From an uncultured virus (IMG/VR IMGVR_UViG_3300038417_000443) (taxonomy: Duplodnaviria; Heunggongvirae; Uroviricota; Caudoviricetes), in IMG/VR virus record IMGVR_UViG_3300038417_000443: a DNA stretch of 64,000 bases. The stretch is one strand, 5' to 3'. Under the pieces are notes generated by a model. That model searched no databases. It saw nothing but the letters and a program-made list of their open reading frames with translations, and was not told the DNA's origin. Made by a program: the position numbers and the translations under genes. Position 1 is the first letter of the stretch. Each line of letters starts with the position of its first letter. Of the stretch, positions 1 through 8,705 are shown piece after piece.

Positions 1-401
1 CGGGAACAGCGGGAGCAGGCTCAACGGCACCAGGACCAACTGGGCCAACCGGCTACACAGGGGCCCAAGGCACTGCCGGAACAGCGGGAGCTCAGGGAAC
101 CGCTGGCACCGGGTCAACGGCACCAGGCCCAACTGGGCCAACCGGCTACACAGGGGCCCAAGGCACTGCCGGAACAGCGGGAGCTCAGGGAACCGCTGGC
201 ACCGGGTCAACGGCACCAGGCCCAACTGGGCCAACCGGATTTACTGGGGCTCAAGGCACCGCGGGAACAGCGGGAGCAGGCTCAACGGCACCAGGACCAA
301 CGGGGACAACCGGAAATGCAAATATTTACTACGGAACCGGAGCTGCCCCAGCAACAGCTGGAATAGCCGACGGTGCTCTTTATATTAAATATATAGCATA
401 G
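1..401 (+). CDS. C-terminal part of a collagen-like (Gly-X-Y, Thr-rich) fibre protein, 5' truncated
   Basis: Frame 3 reads [31 protein letters not shown]... and ends ...[13 protein letters not shown] with TAG at 399-401. Absent from the ORF track because no start lies in the window. Confidence 0.85.
   Translation, partial: GTAGAGSTAPGPTGPTGYTGAQGTAGTAGAQGTAGTGSTAPGPTGPTGYTGAQGTAGTAGAQGTAGTGSTAPGPTGPTGFTGAQGTAGTAGAGSTAPGPTGTTGNANIYYGTGAAPATAGIADGALYIKYIA
48..300 (+). repeat. 93-bp (31-aa) tandem repeat within the collagen-like gene
   Basis: ACCGG(C/A)T begins at 48, 141 and 234; the first two units are near-identical. Confidence 0.9.
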
Positions 402-408
402 GAACTCT

Positions 409-1107
409 ATGACTTGGATTTACGATGATTTTGAAAGTGGAACAAATGGTGGATCTATCGGTGGAAGCTCAATGCCTGGTGGTGGTGGATCGTGGACCCT
501 GACCACCGGTGTTGTTCAGATGTCCAATGCACAAAAATACAATGGATCTCTCAGCCTATCATTTGTAAATAATAGTTCCCAAAACGATTGCCAATTCCCA
601 TTAATCCATGGAACAGATTATTCAATGATATTTAGGGTGCTCTGGACTGGTTCTCCAGCTCAATTAACGAATTTAATAATGCACGGGGACGGAACATCCA
701 TAATTCAATTATATTTAGCAACCAATGGGGACTTAACATATTATGATACATCGGGCCACGTTGTTTCAAATTTGTCTATTAACGTTTGGCACTTAATTGA
801 AGTTACCCATATTAGTTGGTCTGGAAAAACATATGATATATACGTAGACGGGGTTATTGTTAAGTCTGGGGCAGCCATGAGAGCGCTTACTTCTCAGACC
901 GATGTTTGGCGTTTCCAACAACCCCTAAATGCAGGAACCTGTGTCTATATAGACAATATTATTGTTGGGAAATATGAGAGTATGGATATTTATAAGCTTT
1001 CTGTATGGAAAATGCTGGTATCCGGTTTGTTAATGAAATCCGGCGCATGGAAAGATATCGCTTATATTCAGGTTCTAAAAAGCAGCGCCTGGAAGGATAT
1101 TGCATAA
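409..1107 (+). CDS. Tail/receptor-binding protein, probable LamG/concanavalin-like beta-sandwich
   Basis: DDFE N-terminus, WHLIEV...YDIYVDG and YIDNI motifs; lies directly after the fibre gene. Confidence 0.55.
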   Translation: MTWIYDDFESGTNGGSIGGSSMPGGGGSWTLTTGVVQMSNAQKYNGSLSLSFVNNSSQNDCQFPLIHGTDYSMIFRVLWTGSPAQLTNLIMHGDGTSIIQLYLATNGDLTYYDTSGHVVSNLSINVWHLIEVTHISWSGKTYDIYVDGVIVKSGAAMRALTSQTDVWRFQQPLNAGTCVYIDNIIVGKYESMDIYKLSVWKMLVSGLLMKSGAWKDIAYIQVLKSSAWKDIA

Positions 1108-2132
1108 TGAGGGCATCCACAAAACAGCCACAGGGCGATGTTATAGAATATAAAGACTTTCTCGGGATCTCTAATGCGAAGGATTTGACGAGGATACCGA
1201 AGGGGTATCTTCTTCGTGCGGTGAATTTTGATGTAGATGTCGAGATGATGTTACATCGGAGAAGGGGGTATAAAATACTTCTTCCGATTGGATCTCATAG
1301 CCTTTGGTCTAATGAGTTTGTTTGCTTCTTTGTGAGTAATGGAGACCTATATAGGTTGATGGATGATTTAACCTATTCTGTTATCCTGGCAGAGGTTGGG
1401 GATAATAGAATGGAATATATAGATGTTAATGGGATAGTATACTTTACAAATAATCAGATAATTGGATATGTTCAGGACGGAGTTGCGTATCCATTTCCAG
1501 AAGTAGATGAGGAGTATAAAGTAAAAATGATAGGAGGTACAATTCTTGAATTCCTTAATTCAAGGCTTTATACGGTTCAAGATGATACCATCTTTTTTTC
1601 AGATGCCGCAAGACCCATGGTAATGGATGCGAGACATAATTTTGTTCAGCTTTCTGGAAAAATAAGGATGCTTCAGGCAGTTGTAGACGGATTATATGTA
1701 AGTGCTGGAGAACATGTTTTCTTTATGCATGAGCATGTTAAGCCAACAACTGGTCATGGTGGAGACGATCCCCCTAAATGGAAATATATTCCAATTATAG
1801 ATGTTCCATGCTTTGAGGGAATGTCGATTAAGATTGAAGGAGAAAAAATTTCTCCAAAGATAGAGGCAAAAGTAATTATCTGGCCTGGTGGTGAAGGTTG
1901 TTTTCTTGGAAAGCCTGGTGGTGAATTTGAAAGACTTACCGGAAGAAATTTCTTTCTTGATGGAGTGGCAAATGGGGCTGGGGCTTTTTTAGTAAGATCA
2001 CTTCATGGACATTTTAATCCCGGATTTCCCCAGTACGTCGGGGTTTATAATATGTTACCTGGTTTTGGCGAAGGGGAAAGCTCTTTAGAGCTTCCAATAT
2101 TGACTACCCAAGGGGTAGGAAAAACATCTTAA
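1107..2132 (+). CDS. Virion structural protein (tail/nozzle-like, beta-rich)
   Basis: ATG at 1107 overlaps the upstream TAA (TAATG coupling); FLGISN...LLRAVNFDVD...LHRRRG pattern typical of podophage tail proteins. Confidence 0.55.
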   Translation: MRASTKQPQGDVIEYKDFLGISNAKDLTRIPKGYLLRAVNFDVDVEMMLHRRRGYKILLPIGSHSLWSNEFVCFFVSNGDLYRLMDDLTYSVILAEVGDNRMEYIDVNGIVYFTNNQIIGYVQDGVAYPFPEVDEEYKVKMIGGTILEFLNSRLYTVQDDTIFFSDAARPMVMDARHNFVQLSGKIRMLQAVVDGLYVSAGEHVFFMHEHVKPTTGHGGDDPPKWKYIPIIDVPCFEGMSIKIEGEKISPKIEAKVIIWPGGEGCFLGKPGGEFERLTGRNFFLDGVANGAGAFLVRSLHGHFNPGFPQYVGVYNMLPGFGEGESSLELPILTTQGVGKTS

Positions 2133-2145
2133 AAGGAGAGGTCTC

Positions 2146-2946
2146 ATGGCTCAAAAGTATTCGACTGCGTTAGTAAATTTATTAACTGGGGGTCGCAGCC
2201 TCAGGTCGATTTTGGACAATTTTGTCCTACAAATTTATAGCGGTGCAGCCCCCGCTGATGCAGATGCTGCCCCGACAGGGGTACTGCTTTGTACTGTATC
2301 CTTAAATAGCGGTGCAGCTGGCGCAACAGCGGAACCCTCCTATGACAATTGGTATTTTACAATTGCAGTCGGTGTGGTTGGGGGACAAACGGTTATACCC
2401 GTGATAAGTGTCGACGGAATTACTGGATCTATTCCATACACGGTTTACGGTACGGCTGATACCTCTGAAGCTAAAAAAGCCGCCAGGGTGGCTAACGCAA
2501 TTAATCGGGCTGGTCGTCCCGTAAAGGCTATTGGGGTTTCAGGTCCGAGTGGTCCGAGCGGGATGGTATCCGTGCATCCTGTAGTTCGAGGATTAACAAT
2601 GTCTGTATCTGACGGTGGTGGGAATTATGCCATTACCCAAGTGCAGTTAGCTGTAGCTTCCAGACCAAATACATTGCAGTTTGGTCCCCCTTCGGCTGGA
2701 ATTATTTCAAAGCTATCGGGAGACACATGGACTGGGGTAAACATTACAAACGGTGTGGCTGGTTATTTTAGGCTGGTTCTTCCTGACGACACCCTTGCGG
2801 CTGACGTTACTCCATTTACGCAACCAAGGGTTCAGGGTTCCGTTGGAACAAGTGGCGCTGATCTGAATTTGGATTCGGTTCAGTTCGTTACTTCGGCGGT
2901 TACGACCATTACTGGTTTCTCAATTCAAGAACCAACTTCTGCATAA
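2146..2946 (+). CDS. Virion structural protein
   Basis: SD AGGAGAGG; LQIYSGAAPADADAAPTGVLL and GYFRL...RVQGSVGTSGADLNL motifs seen in phage virion proteins. Confidence 0.6.
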   Translation: MAQKYSTALVNLLTGGRSLRSILDNFVLQIYSGAAPADADAAPTGVLLCTVSLNSGAAGATAEPSYDNWYFTIAVGVVGGQTVIPVISVDGITGSIPYTVYGTADTSEAKKAARVANAINRAGRPVKAIGVSGPSGPSGMVSVHPVVRGLTMSVSDGGGNYAITQVQLAVASRPNTLQFGPPSAGIISKLSGDTWTGVNITNGVAGYFRLVLPDDTLAADVTPFTQPRVQGSVGTSGADLNLDSVQFVTSAVTTITGFSIQEPTSA

Positions 2947-2959
2947 ACAGGAGTAGCCA

Positions 2960-3961
2960 ATGGCTAATACAGGCACCGCCTATCTTAAACTACCGCCTTT
3001 GCGGTTAGTATGGAACCGTAGCATCGGTTCCAACATCCTATCCCTGCCCCTTCTTAATGTAAGTGGGCTGGGACTGAATGCAGGGGTGTTTGTATCCTTA
3101 TCCCTTCCAAGATTATTGGTACAGGCCACCGGGCTTCACGGAATAGCGGGAGAAACTTCAAATAATCTTTTATTACCCAGGTTGGCGGTTCAATCCTCTG
3201 GGCTCCGTGGAATAATTGGTGAAACACCCAATTCACTCCTGCTTCCACTTCTTCATGTTTTAGCGGGAGGCGGAGGACGTACCGGAAGTGCTGCACTTAA
3301 ACTTGGATTATTGAGGCTGGTATCATCCGGTATAAAGGGATTAGCGGGTTCAGCGGTCCTACAGCTCCCCCTATTAAACGTTGTAAGCGAGGCTTATTTT
3401 GTTTCTAAAGGGGGCGCAGTTCTTTCCCTACCTCTATTAAGGGTAATCGGTTCAGGGAAAGAATTATTAGAGGTAAAGCTTGGCCTTCCAATACGAAAAG
3501 GGTTCGCCATGAACCTTGTCAACTGGGCTATTACTGAATACGAGGATTACCCGTTTAACTCCTTTGCGTATTTTAACGGGTTACAGCTTGGGGCGCACGA
3601 AGAGATGGGAATATGCGTTCTTGAAGGACCCGACGATGCCGGTCAGGATATATTGGCTTATATTGAAAGCGGAACAGAAGATCTTTTTAAAAAGTTTATG
3701 GTAAGACTCGAACGCGCAATAGTGGAAAGCAGGCAGGATGGACCACTCGTTTTGAAGGTTATAATGGGCGAAGAAGAGACCTCTCCAGTCGCAGAATTAC
3801 CCATAGAATCTTCTGGTAGACATATGCATGAAGAAATAGTTAAATTTCCAAAATCACTTAAGGGTCGGTTTGCATCGTTTAGATTAGAAAATGTTGACGG
3901 ATCTGATGTTGATATTAAGAGATTAAAAGTATTTTTAAAGGAACTTCCGAGGGCAAGATAA
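2960..3961 (+). CDS. Virion structural protein with N-terminal LxLPxL repeats
   Basis: Repeated LxLPxLxV..G units, then an AMNL..WAITEY.DYPFNSFA domain; structural context. Confidence 0.55.
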   Translation: MANTGTAYLKLPPLRLVWNRSIGSNILSLPLLNVSGLGLNAGVFVSLSLPRLLVQATGLHGIAGETSNNLLLPRLAVQSSGLRGIIGETPNSLLLPLLHVLAGGGGRTGSAALKLGLLRLVSSGIKGLAGSAVLQLPLLNVVSEAYFVSKGGAVLSLPLLRVIGSGKELLEVKLGLPIRKGFAMNLVNWAITEYEDYPFNSFAYFNGLQLGAHEEMGICVLEGPDDAGQDILAYIESGTEDLFKKFMVRLERAIVESRQDGPLVLKVIMGEEETSPVAELPIESSGRHMHEEIVKFPKSLKGRFASFRLENVDGSDVDIKRLKVFLKELPRAR

Positions 3962-5739
3962 TGGCTGATTGGATGAAAATGAATCCGTCTGCCATTGTAA
4001 AGATTGTTCTTTCTGGAAACAGGGATTTGGCGGGAATGTATGTCGGGGAAGCGATGAACTTCCTGCACATCCTTAAAAATAGAATGAATTTAGGGGGAAT
4101 AGAAAGCTTATCTGGTCCCCCTCATATCCTGCCGGATGGGACGACAATAAGGGTTAGTTCCGTATATGGTCAGGATCAAGTTATAATTGACAGCCCTTTC
4201 CCCCCACTGGCTATCGCACCCACGGGTCAGGTAGAGGAAATAAAATGTACCATACTCCTAAAAAATCTCCCAACTATTGTTCAACCAATGAAATACCCCA
4301 AGGAGATTCATTCAGGAGAAGTATCGGGAACTGATTTTATAAAGACTTATTACACACATGATATTTCCCAATGCCCTGAATGTAGGAATATAAATTGGAC
4401 ATTTAAATTTAAATATAAGAAACCCGTTGAGCCGAGACATTGGGTTGATCCAGTTACGGGTATAGAGGATATAAATAATCATACCGTATGGTCGCTTTCC
4501 CCTCCTGCTTGGGGAGAGATAATAAAGCATTTAGATAATCAAGCCGGAGGATATATAATTTGGAAGGCTTACACGGAAACTGGAGAGCCTTATTCCAGAA
4601 CAGGACTTGGAATCCTCCTACTTACCGCAGAAATAAAAGATTCCATGGGGAATGTCCTGTGCTCAAAGAAGAAAAAAATAGACGTTGATTGTTGCCATAA
4701 AGACGCCAAAATAAGACCTGTTGAAATATGGTGGCAGGGGTGGCCTCCAAATCATTGCCAACCATATATGTACTATAAGGGTGTTGCGGTTTGTTTAATG
4801 CCAAAAAACCTCCCCAACTCTGATTTATATCAATATGCGATATATCATAGTCAGGAGGGTGGTGGTGGCGGTCCACTTTATTCTATCGCTGATGTTAACG
4901 GGAGCTGTCTTCCTTTAACATGGGAAGTTGCGGGAGGTCAGGGAACAATGAATGTTCCGGATAAAACCGGAACAATGGCTTATTATAAATTAGATCTGGG
5001 TGTAAATCTGGGAGATTGTTATGCTACTCCTCTTATAAAACTAACCGATAGATGTGGTACGTCATATACGGTACAAACAACACCCTGTTGTGGATCAGAA
5101 TTACCAGTGGAAATTTGGTACACATCTCTTATGATGGGATGTGGTTCATCACAAGAATTAACAGGAAATGGAGGTTGTCCCCCCTATGCCTGGGCAGTAT
5201 CCAGCGGTGGAGGAGTGTTGTCGGGCGACAATGGCCTTTCGGTAGTATATACCGCTCCACCTACAAATGCAAACTGTGTCGATAATCCGACTATTACCGT
5301 TACAGATTGTTGTGGAAATAGCGCTAATATTAAATTAGCAATCAATTGTGATAGTTCAGCGGGTCCGGCATTAGAATTGTGGACCACCTCATTTCGTTAT
5401 TGCTGTTCTTATTGTCCTCCGCAACAAGATTGCAGTAAATGTGGTCGGTGTGGTAGAACGGGTTATCGATGGCAGCATTGGGAATGGAATTGTGATGGGT
5501 CAGTACTTTTATATTACGACGGCGGGGAACCTATATCCAAAGATATAGTATGCCCTGGTTGCGGTAATTATGAATGGGTAAACTGTGCAGACAATACCAT
5601 TGCAGCAAATACCTGTGATCCTTGCTGTAACGGGGATATTACTCAATGGCACCTTGGTACCGTAACAGATGACAGGACCGATGCAATGAAAGCTGCCGGG
5701 TGTTGTCCTATTAATCCAATTACTGGATTACCTTATTAG
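3961..5739 (+). CDS. Cys-rich putative virion/adhesion protein with two Ig-like repeats
   Basis: 592 aa, about 34 Cys by hand count; duplicated PVEIW...GxCxPxxW...TDxCG unit. Confidence 0.5.
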   Translation: MADWMKMNPSAIVKIVLSGNRDLAGMYVGEAMNFLHILKNRMNLGGIESLSGPPHILPDGTTIRVSSVYGQDQVIIDSPFPPLAIAPTGQVEEIKCTILLKNLPTIVQPMKYPKEIHSGEVSGTDFIKTYYTHDISQCPECRNINWTFKFKYKKPVEPRHWVDPVTGIEDINNHTVWSLSPPAWGEIIKHLDNQAGGYIIWKAYTETGEPYSRTGLGILLLTAEIKDSMGNVLCSKKKKIDVDCCHKDAKIRPVEIWWQGWPPNHCQPYMYYKGVAVCLMPKNLPNSDLYQYAIYHSQEGGGGGPLYSIADVNGSCLPLTWEVAGGQGTMNVPDKTGTMAYYKLDLGVNLGDCYATPLIKLTDRCGTSYTVQTTPCCGSELPVEIWYTSLMMGCGSSQELTGNGGCPPYAWAVSSGGGVLSGDNGLSVVYTAPPTNANCVDNPTITVTDCCGNSANIKLAINCDSSAGPALELWTTSFRYCCSYCPPQQDCSKCGRCGRTGYRWQHWEWNCDGSVLLYYDGGEPISKDIVCPGCGNYEWVNCADNTIAANTCDPCCNGDITQWHLGTVTDDRTDAMKAAGCCPINPITGLPY

Positions 5740-5747
5740 GAGGAGAA

Positions 5748-6230
5748 ATGGTTGAAAAAAGAATTGCTGACAGATTTGACGAGTGTGAACATAAACTAAG
5801 GCAGGTTGTAATTAAAGCGGCAGAAGAGATTAGAAAGGCAAGGGGGCTTCCAGAAGAAAAGAATATCACAATTCTTTTTAACGAAACAGCACCTCTTCTT
5901 GGGGTTGCAATAAAGCAAATAAGTTCAAGAGACATAGACCATCTTCCCATTCCGGGAGAGATGAGAGACGAAAAGGGCAGGCTTCTTGTCCCAAGAAAAG
6001 ATTGTCCAAAATGTAGTGGAGTAATGGTGCTCGGCCCAATATGTCCATCATGCGTAGATTCCGAAAATGGAAAGTATCATTCGGGGTATAAATGCGAAAT
6101 GTGTCAATTTGTAGACGATAAGAATGAAATGTTTTTTGCCGAAAGATTAACAAGTATGGGGGTTGAGGTTCCGCAAGGCATAAAACAGGCCATTGGAATA
6201 AAAACCCTGACCGATAAGGGGCTTGAATAG
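5748..6230 (+). CDS. Zinc-finger hypothetical protein
   Basis: SD AGGAGG; three CxxC pairs (CPKC, CPSC, CEMC). Confidence 0.55.
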   Translation: MVEKRIADRFDECEHKLRQVVIKAAEEIRKARGLPEEKNITILFNETAPLLGVAIKQISSRDIDHLPIPGEMRDEKGRLLVPRKDCPKCSGVMVLGPICPSCVDSENGKYHSGYKCEMCQFVDDKNEMFFAERLTSMGVEVPQGIKQAIGIKTLTDKGLE

Positions 6231-6238
6231 GAGTTTTT

Positions 6239-7603
6239 ATGGCAGCACCAATAACAGATGCGATTCAACACCGTTGGGATATGTTTGAAATATCTCCCAA
6301 TATTATACAACATCAATTTGAATTGGCCCAGGGATACGCGGCAGATGCCTACAATGTTGCTCAGGGGCTCCTTAAGGACCTGGCGAGCATTGCCAGCAGC
6401 CTTAACCAGATCGATACAAACGTAGTTCTTGAGGGAGTCACCCTTGCGGTTCCTCCATTTACCAGTTTAAAACCGGTTCAGCCTGATTTTACGATGACTA
6501 CATATTCTCCTCCGGATAAGGCTGTATTTAAAAACATAGACTTGAGCGATTTAATTATTCCATCGGTGGCCGGAATAATCGTCAGAACCGATGCAATAGA
6601 TCCACAGGCGGGAGGATATTCTTCGGCGTTGCTTACCGCATTAAAAGCAAAAATCCTTTATAATGTTACGTATGGCGGATCTGGACTCGGGGAAGATATT
6701 GAAACACAAATGTGGCAGAGGGATGAGGCGAGGGATCTCCTTGATCACCAACGGGCTATGGACAGAATCAGAGCCGAGTGGTCTGTAAGCGGATTGCCCC
6801 TTCCAGACGGAGCCCTGATAGCAGCTCTTACGCAAGAAGAGATCGATTACACAAATAGACGTAATGATAAAAATAAAAATATCGCCATTGAGATGGCAAA
6901 AATCGCTGATACGAATACAAGATTTGCAATTGAACAGGCTTCAAGGCTTGAGCAAATATTAATGAATTTTCAACAGACGTTACAGCAAAGAATATTTGAT
7001 GCGTCCGTAGCCACTGCAAAAATGCAAATAGAAAGCATAAATGCAGAAATTGCCAAACAGAGAATTATGACCGAAATTTACAGAACGGTTGCAGATGTCA
7101 GGATAGAAGAGGCAAGAGCCATTGTTCAGATTTATACAGCGGAGGTTCAGGCCTATGCCACACAGGTTCAGGCCGAAGCTACTCGGATAGATTCTATTGT
7201 AAGAACATTTATGGCAGAAGTGGAGATGTATAAAGCTGACGTTTCTGTGTATGAAGCTCTTTCTAATGTAGAATTAAAGATTCTTGATGCGCAATTAAGA
7301 ATTGCAATCGAAAGGGCAACCTTAACACTCAAAAACGCTGAACTTCAAATTAGGGAATATGAGTCTTTAAATGGACTTAGGATAGAAGCAATAAAGGCAG
7401 AGGGTTCTATCGCTGCACAATTGGTTGCAGGTGCTCTTTCTGGTCTCCAGGCAAGTGCCCATATGTCTGCAACCGATAGCGCTGGATATAGCTACAATGC
7501 ATCTGAAGTTGAACTTGAAGCTCAGAGAGAAGCGGCAGCGCTTCAGTTAGAATCTATGAAAGAAGCAAGTGCGTTAGAGATTGCACAAATAACAAGTGCT
7601 TAA
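6239..7603 (+). CDS. Coiled-coil internal virion (ejection) protein
   Basis: Long Ala/Glu/Gln-rich helical region; precedes the largest virion gene. Confidence 0.55.
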   Translation: MAAPITDAIQHRWDMFEISPNIIQHQFELAQGYAADAYNVAQGLLKDLASIASSLNQIDTNVVLEGVTLAVPPFTSLKPVQPDFTMTTYSPPDKAVFKNIDLSDLIIPSVAGIIVRTDAIDPQAGGYSSALLTALKAKILYNVTYGGSGLGEDIETQMWQRDEARDLLDHQRAMDRIRAEWSVSGLPLPDGALIAALTQEEIDYTNRRNDKNKNIAIEMAKIADTNTRFAIEQASRLEQILMNFQQTLQQRIFDASVATAKMQIESINAEIAKQRIMTEIYRTVADVRIEEARAIVQIYTAEVQAYATQVQAEATRIDSIVRTFMAEVEMYKADVSVYEALSNVELKILDAQLRIAIERATLTLKNAELQIREYESLNGLRIEAIKAEGSIAAQLVAGALSGLQASAHMSATDSAGYSYNASEVELEAQREAAALQLESMKEASALEIAQITSA

Positions 7604-7613
7604 GGGGTAAAAT

Positions 7614-8702
7614 ATGAGTAACGGTGATCAGGTAAATTCCGCGGGTTTGTTAGATCCCGAATTAAAAAGCAAGGTTGGTGTTCTCGGAAGGCAAGCTGGG
7701 GATAGTATCTATACGGGCATGGCTCCTTATGGAACCCCTCCAACAGAACCATTCAAGGCAAAACCACTTCCAGCCGATGCCCCTGCCCCATGGAGACCTA
7801 AGCCTGCGGGATATCCCACCGAACCAGAAAGAAGGGCTGGAGGCGGATCTTCTATTGGAGAAGAATATACTGGTGAACCCGCTGCGGTTACTCCAGCGAT
7901 ACCAGAAAGAACGGTAGCTCAACCTGGTTATACCAATTACGCCCCTGGAATAGATTATAAAGCAGAACCAGAAACAGCAGCAACACGGGCTGGGGATGTA
8001 ACTGCAAGGCGTGGACTTGAGGAAAGATCAACCGCAAGAATGGGAGAACTAAGAAAAGAAGTTGAGGGCGGTATGCCAGCCCGACAGACACTGGCTGAAA
8101 AAGAAGCCGCGGGAGGTGGCGGAGAATTTGATTTTGGTTCTTATAAGAGCGCCCTTGCCTCTATAGGTGGAAAACCGGGACTTAAGACAAGAATGGCTAT
8201 TTTAAGCCATATGATGGGAGAACACGAAAAGAAAACAGAGGGAATCCAGAAAATGAAAGAACTGGAAAAAACCTATGGAGAAGGTTCTGCCCACATGATT
8301 GCAGCGAAATCAGAGGCCAGGTTCCGAGAAATTCAGGGTCAAAATGCATTAAATTTGGCTCCCCATGAAATAGCTAAAACCATAGAAGATACCGCTCACG
8401 TCAGAGCACAAACCGAAGCTATTCCATTTGATATAGCATATAAAAGATCTATGGCAGAGTATCATCAGAGCCTAATAGAGTCAAAGGAATTTGCAAATGA
8501 ATCTGCCTATTTAAAAATCCTTGCAGAAAAGATTGAAAAGGGCTTACCGGGAGATCCCGAAACAGTAAAGGCCCAGAAAGAATTTGACCAAGTGGTTGAA
8601 AGCAAAAGAGGGCAGATGATGGTGGAAAGATTTGAGAGACAAAACCCGATGTATAAGGGAAAGGTTAAGTGGGAAAACGGTAAGCTTACGGAGATTAAAT
8701 AA
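7614..8702 (+). CDS. Putative internal virion (ejection) protein
   Basis: Pro/Gly-rich N-terminus, helical C-terminus; context. Confidence 0.45.
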   Translation: MSNGDQVNSAGLLDPELKSKVGVLGRQAGDSIYTGMAPYGTPPTEPFKAKPLPADAPAPWRPKPAGYPTEPERRAGGGSSIGEEYTGEPAAVTPAIPERTVAQPGYTNYAPGIDYKAEPETAATRAGDVTARRGLEERSTARMGELRKEVEGGMPARQTLAEKEAAGGGGEFDFGSYKSALASIGGKPGLKTRMAILSHMMGEHEKKTEGIQKMKELEKTYGEGSAHMIAAKSEARFREIQGQNALNLAPHEIAKTIEDTAHVRAQTEAIPFDIAYKRSMAEYHQSLIESKEFANESAYLKILAEKIEKGLPGDPETVKAQKEFDQVVESKRGQMMVERFERQNPMYKGKVKWENGKLTEIK

Positions 8703-8705
8703 AAT

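Noticed and set aside
1005..1106. ORF-track start at 1005
   Set aside because: Overlaps the upstream gene by 100 bp; the TAATG-coupled ATG at 1107 is more plausible.
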